In this document: piece by piece, positions 1-7,644 of the stretch
How the letters are laid out: every line of letters starts with the position of its first letter
How positions within the stretch are numbered: position 1 is the stretch's first letter
Source: an uncultured Eubacteriales bacterium
Lineage (GTDB): Bacteria > Bacillota > Clostridia > Oscillospirales > Oscillospiraceae
DNA: 64,000 nucleotides
Direction of reading: 5' to 3'
NCBI GenBank assembly: GCA_900317375.1
Contig: ONGJ01000002.1
Span: forward strand, 78,841-142,840
The notes under the pieces: generated by a model
Database searches by the model: none
What the model saw: the letters and a program-made list of their open reading frames with translations, nothing else
Told to the model about the DNA's origin: nothing
Made by a program: the position numbers and the translations under genes

Positions 1-41
1 CAGACTTCGTTTCACGTCCGGACAGGACGGAAGCCCCGAAA

Positions 42-90
42 CAGACAAAAAGCCGACCGGGACAGGAGTGAATTCCGTTCCGGCCGGTTC
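42..90 (-). terminator. putative intrinsic terminator downstream of clpX
   Basis: Imperfect GC hairpin (core CCGGCCGG/CCGGTCGG; plus-strand arms 52-60 and 81-89) followed on the minus strand by TTTTTGTCTGTTT. Confidence 0.4.
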
Positions 91-121
91 ATTTCTCATG
101 TATTCTTTTCTTTGTCTTTTC

Positions 122-1384
122 TCAGCCTGCGAGGTCCTTGGCCCGTTCCACGATCGCCTCGCCCTCACCCCGTACAAACGGCGCCGTAATGGTGATGCGC
201 TGAATGCTGTTGTCCGAGGGCACCTCATACATAAAGTCGGTCATGACCGCTTCCAGAATGCTGCGCAGACCGCGGGCACCGATTTTCCTTTCAATTGCCC
301 TGTCGGCAATTGCCTGCAGTGCTTCCTGTTCGAAGACCAGGTCGACCCCGTCCATTTTCATCAGGGTCTGATACTGCTTGGTCATGGCGTTCTTCGGTTC
401 TGTCAGGATCCGCACCAGGTCCTCGCGCGTCAGGCTGTCCAGGGTCGCGACGACCGGCAGACGCCCGATCAGCTCGGGGATGATGCCGAACTTCAGGAGA
501 TCCTGCTGCTGTACCTGCTCGAACAGCGCACCGAGGTCCCTCTCCTTCCCGCTGGAAATATCCGCACCGAAGCCCATGCTCTTGCGGTCCGTGCGCCGCT
601 CGATGATCTTGTCCAGACCGTCAAAGGCGCCGCCGCAGATGAAGAGGATATTCGTCGTATCCACCTGGACGAACTCCTGATGCGGATGCTTGCGTCCGCC
701 CTGCGGGGGGACGTTGGCCACGGTTCCTTCCAGCAGCTTGAGGAGCGCCTGCTGCACGCCTTCGCCTGAGACATCGCGGGTGATGGAGGTGTTTTCACTT
801 TTCCGGGCGATCTTGTCGATCTCGTCGATATAGATGATGCCGCGCTGGGCACGCTCGACGTCAAAGTCGGCCGCCTGCAGCAGCTTCACGATCACGTTTT
901 CCACATCCTCGCCCACATAGCCTGCCTCGGTCAGGGTCGTGGCATCGGCAATAGCAAAAGGCACGTCCAGCATCTTGGCCATCGTCTGCGCAAACAGCGT
1001 CTTCCCGCTGCCCGTCGGCCCGATCAGCAGGATATTGCTTTTCTGCAGTTCGACATCGTCCTTTTCGCGGCCGGCATGCAGAATCCGTTTATAATGGTTG
1101 TAAACCGCCACCGAAAGGACCTTCTTGGCTCTTTCCTGTCCGATGACATACTGGTCCAGGTTGCCTTTGATCTGCGCCGGCTTCGGCAGATGGTCAAAGG
1201 CCAGCGGAAGACCTTCATAGTCACTTCCCTGTTCGGCCTCATAGCCGCCGATGATGCTCATGCACATGCGGACGCAGTCATCGCAGATATAGCTTCCGTT
1301 TCCGGCGATCAGCCGGTTGACCATTGACTGCGGCTTTCCGCAGAACGAGCAGCGCAGATTGCGTCTGTCCTCATTTTTTGCCAT
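122..1384 (-). CDS. clpX: ATP-dependent Clp protease ATP-binding subunit ClpX
   Basis: ORF 122..1474. Start trimmed to the internal ATG (MAKNEDRR...) preceded by GGAG. N-terminal zinc-binding CSFCGK...CDDC, Walker A GPTGSGKT, Walker [10 protein letters not shown], then the C-terminal ClpX region. Confidence 0.95.
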   Translation of the reverse strand: MAKNEDRRNLRCSFCGKPQSMVNRLIAGNGSYICDDCVRMCMSIIGGYEAEQGSDYEGLPLAFDHLPKPAQIKGNLDQYVIGQERAKKVLSVAVYNHYKRILHAGREKDDVELQKSNILLIGPTGSGKTLFAQTMAKMLDVPFAIADATTLTEAGYVGEDVENVIVKLLQAADFDVERAQRGIIYIDEIDKIARKSENTSITRDVSGEGVQQALLKLLEGTVANVPPQGGRKHPHQEFVQVDTTNILFICGGAFDGLDKIIERRTDRKSMGFGADISSGKERDLGALFEQVQQQDLLKFGIIPELIGRLPVVATLDSLTREDLVRILTEPKNAMTKQYQTLMKMDGVDLVFEQEALQAIADRAIERKIGARGLRSILEAVMTDFMYEVPSDNSIQRITITAPFVRGEGEAIVERAKDLAG

Positions 1385-1495
1385 TTTCCATTCTCCTGAT
1401 TTCTCCGGGGAAGCACAGCAGACTGCCTCCCGATTTTGAGCCGCTGAGGGAACAATCAGCAATTGGGGGACCACCTGTGGTGTTCCCCCAAGCTG

Positions 1496-2077
1496 TTATC
1501 TCTTCACAATCACCTTGTCGATCAGGCCGTATTCCTGTGCCTCATCGGCAGACATGAAGTAGTCCCGCTCGCAGTCGCGCTCGATTTCCTCGATGCTCTT
1601 GCCGGTGTTGTCGGCCAGGATCCTGTTCAGGCGCTGCTTGATCTTCAGGATCTGCTCGGCCTGAATCTGAATATCGGTGCACTGGCCGCGGCTGCCGCCG
1701 GAGGGCTGATGGATCATGATCTCGCTGTTGGGAAGGGCAATCCGTTTGCCCTTCGCGCCGGATGAGAGCAGGAAAGCGCCCATGGAGGCGGCCATGCCAA
1801 CACAGATCGTCGAGACGTCCGGCTTGATATACTGCATCGTGTCATAAATCGCGAGGCCTGCCGAGACGCTGCCGCCGGGGCTGTTGATATAGAACTGGAT
1901 GTCCTTGTCCGGGTCCTGGGCTTCCAGATACAGCAGCTGCGCCACGATGAGACTTGCCGTGGTGTCGTTGACCTCCTCGCTGAGAAGGACGATCCTGTCA
2001 TTCAGCAGCCGGGAAAAAATGTCATACGAGCGTTCGCCGCGGCTGGTCTGCTCGACGACATAGGGAATAAAGCTCAT
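1496..2077 (-). CDS. clpP: ATP-dependent Clp protease proteolytic subunit ClpP
   Basis: 193 aa. Conserved [11 protein letters not shown], active-site Ser context [11 protein letters not shown] and His context MIHQP. Lies between tig and clpX. Confidence 0.97.
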   Translation of the reverse strand: MSFIPYVVEQTSRGERSYDIFSRLLNDRIVLLSEEVNDTTASLIVAQLLYLEAQDPDKDIQFYINSPGGSVSAGLAIYDTMQYIKPDVSTICVGMAASMGAFLLSSGAKGKRIALPNSEIMIHQPSGGSRGQCTDIQIQAEQILKIKQRLNRILADNTGKSIEEIERDCERDYFMSADEAQEYGLIDKVIVKR

Positions 2078-3519
2078 TCTGACTTCTCCTCAGCGTCCGC
2101 GGGAGCTTCCGCTTCCTCGGCTTTCGGCTCTTCCGCCTTTGCCTTCTTGGCTCTCGGTTTCCGTGCTTTGGGTTTGGGGGCTTCCTCTGCCGTCTCCTCT
2201 GTCTTGGCCTCTTCGGCCGCAGGGGCTTCCTCCGGCTTGTCGGTGGCAATTGCGTTGGCAACCAGCAGTTCCAGCGCCTGGTCGCGCTTCAGCTCTTCCT
2301 TCACGAACGCCTCGCTGAGATAGCGTTTGGCATCCTCCACCGTCGCGCCGACGTTCTTGGCCATCTTCTCCCAGTAGGCCTCCATCTCTTCCTCGCTCGG
2401 GGCGAGGTTCTCGGCCGCCGCGATGGCCTCAAGCAGCAGCTCGCTCTTGACCTGCATTTCTGCAGACGGACGGATCATGTAGTTGATGGAGTCCTCGTTC
2501 ATGCCGAAAAGCTTCATCAGCTCCGCTCTCGACATGTCGCCGGCGTTCATGCCGAACTGGGACGCGTAGTTGTAGAGGAACTCGTTGATCTTTTCTTCCA
2601 CCATGACCTCGGGAATCTCGACCTGCATCGCCTCGCAGGCCTTGCGGACGAGGGTATCCTTGAAGTTTTTCTCTGCCTCGTCGTCCAGCTTCTTCTGCAG
2701 ATTGCTGCGGACATCGGCCCTGTATTCCTCGAAGGTGTCGAACTCCGACACGTCCTTTGCGAATTCGTCGTCCAGCTCCGGATACTCCGGCGCGCTGACC
2801 TCGTTCACCTTTACGTGGAAGACGACGGCCTTGCCGGCCAGCTCTTCCGTATAGTTTTCAGGGAAGGTGATGTCGATGTCCTTCTCCTCGCCGGCCTTCA
2901 TGCCGACCAGCTGTTCCTCAAAGCCGGGGACAAAGGAGTTGGAGCCGAGCTCAAGCGAGTGCCCCTTGGCCGAACCGCCCTCAAAAGGCTCGCCGTTCAG
3001 GAAGCCGTCAAAGTCGATGTCGACGGTGTCGCCCATTTCGGCAGCGCGGTCGACGTTCAGCATGCGTGCGTTGCGCTTCTGGATGGTCTTGATTTCCTCG
3101 TCAACAGCCTCGTCCGAAACCGTCTCCTGCTTCTTATAGGCCTCGATGCCCTTGTACTTGCCCAGGACCGGCACGGGATACAGCGTCACGTCAAAGGTAA
3201 ACTCGACGCCCTTGTCGTCCGTGACCTGAACGTTGGTGACGCGGGGCTGTCCGACGACGCGGAGCTCGCCCTCCTTGACGCCGGCCTCATAGCCGCCGGG
3301 GGCCAGCTCATCCATGGCGTCCTGGTAGAACACCTCGCGGCCGTACATGCCCTCGATCACCTGCCGCGGGGCCTTGCCCTTGCGGAAGCCGGGGATGTAG
3401 ACATCCTTTTTATTCTTCAGGTAAGCCTGCTGAACGGCCTTTTCAAATTCCGACGCATCCGCAGCCACCGTAAAAGTCGCTTTGTTGGTCTCGTTCCTGT
3501 CAATCGATTTTAAATACAT
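2074..3519 (-). CDS. tig: trigger factor (FKBP-type PPIase) with a K/E/A/P-rich C-terminal extension
   Basis: ORF 2074..3573. Start trimmed to the ATG ([10 protein letters not shown]...) preceded by AAGGAGA. N-terminal ribosome-binding motif GFRKGKAP; FKBP region [14 protein letters not shown]...[15 protein letters not shown]. Stop overlaps the clpP start (ATGA). Confidence 0.9.
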   Translation of the reverse strand: MYLKSIDRNETNKATFTVAADASEFEKAVQQAYLKNKKDVYIPGFRKGKAPRQVIEGMYGREVFYQDAMDELAPGGYEAGVKEGELRVVGQPRVTNVQVTDDKGVEFTFDVTLYPVPVLGKYKGIEAYKKQETVSDEAVDEEIKTIQKRNARMLNVDRAAEMGDTVDIDFDGFLNGEPFEGGSAKGHSLELGSNSFVPGFEEQLVGMKAGEEKDIDITFPENYTEELAGKAVVFHVKVNEVSAPEYPELDDEFAKDVSEFDTFEEYRADVRSNLQKKLDDEAEKNFKDTLVRKACEAMQVEIPEVMVEEKINEFLYNYASQFGMNAGDMSRAELMKLFGMNEDSINYMIRPSAEMQVKSELLLEAIAAAENLAPSEEEMEAYWEKMAKNVGATVEDAKRYLSEAFVKEELKRDQALELLVANAIATDKPEEAPAAEEAKTEETAEEAPKPKARKPRAKKAKAEEPKAEEAEAPADAEEKSE

Positions 3520-3604
3520 AATTCTGTCTCCTTCTTTTCTGCACATGCTGTGGTATTCTATCAGATTCCGCAAATAAAATCAACAAGAAAACGCGGAAAT
3601 TTGG

Positions 3605-4240
3605 CTAAATTGGAACCGGTTCCGGGATAAAGTTCAGCCGGTCGGCGCTGACCAGCCGAAATTCGGTGAATCCGATCCTTCCGTTGAAGCTCAGCGGGCA
3701 GCCCTTTCCGTGAATATGGCCGTAATAGCAGCGCTCCACCCGATATGTCTGCAGAAGCTGCAGAATCTCTTCACAGCGGTAGTTCTGAAACACGGGCGGA
3801 TAGTGAAGGAAGACGATTTTCCGCCTTCCCTCTCCCGCTTTCAGCGAGGTCTCCAGACGCTGCACCTCGCGCAGCATCATTTTCCGGTCGTGCTCTGTAC
3901 CGCGATCCTCTTCATAAAACCAGCCGCGTGTCCCGCACAGAGCCCAGTCGCCGTAGACATAGGCGTTATTGTGCAGCACGTCCAGACTGTCAAAGCCGTT
4001 TTCCTCGAAAAAGCGGTAGGCCTTCTGCGCCGTGCTCCACCAGTAATCGTGGTTTCCCTTGAGGATCAGCTTGTGCCCCGGAAGCCGGTCGATAAAGGCG
4101 AAGTCCTCCTTTGCCCCCTCCAGGCTCATCGCCCAGCTGAGGTCGCCGCAGAGCACAGTCCAGTCCTCTTCCCCGACCGCCCGAAAACCTTCCTCCAGCT
4201 TTTTTGCGTGGTCCCGCCAGATCTCGCCGAACTTGTCCAT
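3605..4240 (-). CDS. metallophosphoesterase (YfcE/calcineurin-like family); true start probably upstream of the first ATG
   Basis: Motifs GNHDYWW, HYPP and GHIHG. The in-frame upstream codons (4241-4288) encode LYTIGDLHLSFSSDKP, i.e. metallophosphoesterase motif I, but contain no ATG/GTG/TTG. Confidence 0.8.
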   Translation of the reverse strand: MDKFGEIWRDHAKKLEEGFRAVGEEDWTVLCGDLSWAMSLEGAKEDFAFIDRLPGHKLILKGNHDYWWSTAQKAYRFFEENGFDSLDVLHNNAYVYGDWALCGTRGWFYEEDRGTEHDRKMMLREVQRLETSLKAGEGRRKIVFLHYPPVFQNYRCEEILQLLQTYRVERCYYGHIHGKGCPLSFNGRIGFTEFRLVSADRLNFIPEPVPI

Positions 4241-4489
4241 GGGCTTGTCCGAGGAAAACGAGAGATGCAGGTCCCCGATCGTATACAGTGCCGTGTCTCT
4301 CCCCTCCTCTGTTGAATACTATGAAAAAGCTCCCCCGAAGCTGCTGCTCCTCATCAAGGCACTGCGGCCGCTAAGATTTGGGAAGTTCACCCCAACTGAT
4401 AAGCGCGGCTGAGAAGCCTCCGTGCGAGGCAGAACCTCCACTTCCGCGCAACGGCAGAGACCTGCAGTCGGGCGCCCGTCTTTCCGCTT

Positions 4490-4855
4490 TCATTCGAATG
4501 CGTCTGTAAGGTGCTCGCAGCGGGTCGGGCCCTCCGGGCCCTGCGGTGCGTAGATTTCCAGCACGTCAAAGCGCGGCTGCAGATCCTGCGCCCAGGGCCT
4601 TCCGGCCAGGAAGAAAGACGCCGTCATTCTCAGCTTCTGCTGCTTGGACGCGGTCACAAATTCTCTGGCCTCTCCGTGGCTGCTGCTTTTGCGCAGCTTC
4701 ACCTCCACAAAAGCCAGGATGTCTCCCTTTTGCGCGATGATGTCGATTTCCCCGAGGCGGCAGCGAAAATTCCGCTCCCGTATGCGATAGCCTTCCTTTT
4801 CCAGCTGCGCCGTAGCCAGGTTCTCTCCCCAGGCGCCGAGTTCCGTCTTTTTCAT
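4490..4855 (-). CDS. yraN: YraN family (UPF0102) endonuclease-like protein
   Basis: ORF 4490..5050 trimmed to [11 protein letters not shown]... Conserved GEIDIIA...FVEVK pattern. ATGA overlap with the rnhB stop; rnhB-yraN is a conserved gene pair. Confidence 0.85.
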   Translation of the reverse strand: MKKTELGAWGENLATAQLEKEGYRIRERNFRCRLGEIDIIAQKGDILAFVEVKLRKSSSHGEAREFVTASKQQKLRMTASFFLAGRPWAQDLQPRFDVLEIYAPQGPEGPTRCEHLTDAFE

Positions 4856-5466
4856 GGCAGCACGTTCTTCAGAAAGCTCATGCGGTGAATTGCGCAGGGG
4901 CCGTATTGCCGCAGGGCATCCATATGCGCCTTCGTGCCGTAGCCCTTGTGCTTTTCGAAGCCGTACTGCGGATACTGCTGTGCAAGCTCCCTCATCAGCC
5001 GGTCCCTCGACACCTTGGCCAGCACCGACGCCGCCGCGATGGACGCGCATTTTCCGTCGCCGCCGACAAGTGCGCGGCAGGCGACGTCCGTCTCCGGGCA
5101 GCGGTTCCCGTCGATCAGCGCAAGCTCCGGCTGCTGGCTCAGGCCCTCGATAGCCCGCTTCATGGCCAGCATCGCCGCCTGCAGGATGTTGAGCTCCTCA
5201 ATCTCCTCCACCGTGGAAAAGGCAATGCTGAAAGACAGCGCCTTTTCACAGATAAGCGGGAAAAGCGCCTCCCTTTTCTTTTCGGACAGCTTCTTCGAAT
5301 CGTCCAGGCCCTCGATCACCAGTCCCTGCGGCAGGATCACCGCGCCGGCGCAGACCGGTCCGGCCAGCGGTCCCCGCCCGGCCTCATCCACGCCGCAGAT
5401 CAGCGCAAAGCCCTCCGCATGCAGCCCGTTTTCTATTGCCAGCAGATCCGGTTTTTCCTTTCTCAT
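4852..5466 (-). CDS. rnhB: ribonuclease HII
   Basis: 204 aa. [15 protein letters not shown] catalytic motif, [25 protein letters not shown]. Confidence 0.93.
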   Translation of the reverse strand: MRKEKPDLLAIENGLHAEGFALICGVDEAGRGPLAGPVCAGAVILPQGLVIEGLDDSKKLSEKKREALFPLICEKALSFSIAFSTVEEIEELNILQAAMLAMKRAIEGLSQQPELALIDGNRCPETDVACRALVGGDGKCASIAAASVLAKVSRDRLMRELAQQYPQYGFEKHKGYGTKAHMDALRQYGPCAIHRMSFLKNVLP

Positions 5467-5610
5467 CTTCTCTTCACTCTCATCTTTGCATCAATGTGCC
5501 AATTATAACAGATTCTTCTTTATTTTCAATGCCCCGGCGGACCCGTGGATGAAAAGCGGGGCGGTCTGCGTCACGGGAAGGACAGGCAAACCGCCCCTGC
5601 AGGCTTATCG

Positions 5611-6798
5611 TCAGGAATACAGGAATCTGAGGATCAGCTCCTCCCAGGCCTCCGCCGTTTTGTAGCCGCCGATTGCTTCCTCGTTCAGCAGCCTTCCCTC
5701 TCCGTCAAAGAAGTAATTATCCGGCCAGCCCTCGTTCCGGTACGGCTTAAGGCCGGGGCAGTCCCGGAAGATGGGGTAGGTCACGCCGGTGTCCTCCGCC
5801 GTTTCTCTGGCTTCCTCGTCCGTCACATCCTCATCTCGGCCGTAGACGCCGAGAAACAGTACGCCGGCATTCCTGTACTTCTGATACAGGGCTTCCATAT
5901 CCGGCATCTCCTTGACGCACACGCCGCAGTGCGGCTCCCAGAAGTTCAGGATGACAAGCCGCGATCCCTCGATGATGGACTCATCCACATGGTTTCCGTA
6001 GATATCGGTCGCGCTGAAGGTCAGCCGGTCAGGCGCGGCAGCAGTGCTGCCGCTTTCCTGCGGTTCGTACGAATCGTCATAGGCCTGGCTGTGTACCGTC
6101 GCATTCGGCGGCAGCTGGGCCGCGCTCCCGAGGGCCTCCCAGGAGAGCGAGTCCTTGATGGTGGTATCCGGCTGCTCCGTTTCGGCGACGCTGTATTGTC
6201 TGAGCACGTCATAAGGCTTTCCGTAGTCCGTAAAGCCGCTCTCCCGGATCATCTGGAGCCAGTAGGTATTGGTGGAAAAATAGAGCGTCACATCCCGCCC
6301 GTCCAGATCGTACTCAAAAACATAGTAGTTTTCGATCTCTTCCGCATATTTCAGTACCCCTCCGCTCAGATCCATGTGCGCCACGTTGTCGGACCATGCC
6401 GACAGAACCTCGGCCTCATCCACATCCTCTGCTTCGGTGTGGTCTGCGCCGCCCATGCTCGCGGTATACGTAAAGACTCTTGCGGTCGGATAATTGTCAA
6501 AATATTTCAGCTCATAGCCTTCCGGCGTCTGTGTCTCGGTGATCATGGTGGCCACATTGTTTTCGCTGTCGTAATAATACGTTTCTTTCCCGGTAATCTG
6601 GACATCTTCGCCGTTTTCCAGATCGTAGTTGATGTCCGTGTCGATGTACAGGCTTCCGTTGATCTCGATCCATGTCCAGATCGTCTGATCATTCAGCTGT
6701 TTCACCGGGTCAAAGCTGTCGATATCGCTCGCACAGGCAAAGGGGATCATCCCCGTCAGCAGGATCAGGACGAGCAGGACAGACAGGCTTTTCTTCAT
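5611..6798 (-). CDS. lipoprotein with a C-terminal TlpA/redoxin-like thioredoxin domain (extracytoplasmic thiol-disulfide oxidoreductase)
   Basis: ORF 5611..6843 trimmed to MKKSLSVLLVLILLTGMIPFAC (signal peptide ending in Cys). C-terminal LNFWEPHCGVCVKEMP with a CxxC active site and thioredoxin-fold spacing. The N-terminal ~250 aa are unassigned. Confidence 0.8.
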   Translation of the reverse strand: MKKSLSVLLVLILLTGMIPFACASDIDSFDPVKQLNDQTIWTWIEINGSLYIDTDINYDLENGEDVQITGKETYYYDSENNVATMITETQTPEGYELKYFDNYPTARVFTYTASMGGADHTEAEDVDEAEVLSAWSDNVAHMDLSGGVLKYAEEIENYYVFEYDLDGRDVTLYFSTNTYWLQMIRESGFTDYGKPYDVLRQYSVAETEQPDTTIKDSLSWEALGSAAQLPPNATVHSQAYDDSYEPQESGSTAAAPDRLTFSATDIYGNHVDESIIEGSRLVILNFWEPHCGVCVKEMPDMEALYQKYRNAGVLFLGVYGRDEDVTDEEARETAEDTGVTYPIFRDCPGLKPYRNEGWPDNYFFDGEGRLLNEEAIGGYKTAEAWEELILRFLYS

Positions 6799-7034
6799 AT
6801 GCTTCTCCCTCTTTTCTTTTTTGATTCCGCATGGCTTTCGCATTCCCGGAAGACCGTCCTGCAGGAGGAAAGACGGGCTCCGTTTTGCCTCTTCCCAAAG
6901 AGTATATCATCTGCCGGCCTTTTCATAAAGGAAAAAGTGGATCGGCACAGGGCACAAACTGTTCCCATTCTTGCAATCGGCGCTGCCATACGCTATGATA
7001 ACCGAAAAACAGCAGGATCAAACAGGAGGCTGCC

Positions 7035-7532
7035 ATGCTTTTCTTCTTTCTGATTTTCGGCTCCGTATGCCTCTTTCTCGGCGGCATTTTCTTTTTGGTT
7101 TTCCGCCGCAGCCGCGCAAGGCATGAGACCTTGAGCCGCACCCTGACGGCGGAAGCCTGGGCAAAGCTCACCGACACGGAAAGCCGGACGGAATACGACA
7201 TCAAAAACAGAGCGCATACGGTCTTTTACGGGGTTTATGAATATGACACCGCCGACGGGCAGCACCTTTCCGCCCCTTCCGACTTTGGCTATCATGATGC
7301 GGCCGGCATCCCCGGGACGCAGGGCAGGCCTGTCAAAATCCGCTATAATCCGAAGCACCCGGAGGAATTTGCCCTCACGGAGGAGCAGGCCGTCTCCGAA
7401 ATGATCTGGCCGAAGTTCCGAAAAGTCGCTCTTCTCCTGATCGTTCTCGGTGTTCTCTTCCTGGCCGCTGCCGCAGCCGCCGGTCTGGGGCTTCTCCCTT
7501 CCCTTTCGGATCTCCTGCCCGCCTCGGAATAA
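7035..7532 (+). CDS. two-TM membrane protein, DUF3592-like
   Basis: N-terminal TM (LFFFLIFGSVCLFLGGIFFLVF), a central ~100-aa soluble segment and a C-terminal TM (LLLIVLGVLFLAAAAAAGLGL). This layout is typical of DUF3592; assigned from memory of the family, not searched. Confidence 0.65.
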   Translation: MLFFFLIFGSVCLFLGGIFFLVFRRSRARHETLSRTLTAEAWAKLTDTESRTEYDIKNRAHTVFYGVYEYDTADGQHLSAPSDFGYHDAAGIPGTQGRPVKIRYNPKHPEEFALTEEQAVSEMIWPKFRKVALLLIVLGVLFLAAAAAAGLGLLPSLSDLLPASE

Positions 7533-7644
7533 GTCCATACTGTAAACAAGCCGCAGGAGGGCACAAAATGAAGCCTTTTCTGCGTGACAATCTGGGGCAG
7601 GATGTGGTAAAATACAGCACACATCAACCTGAAGGAGGATTACC

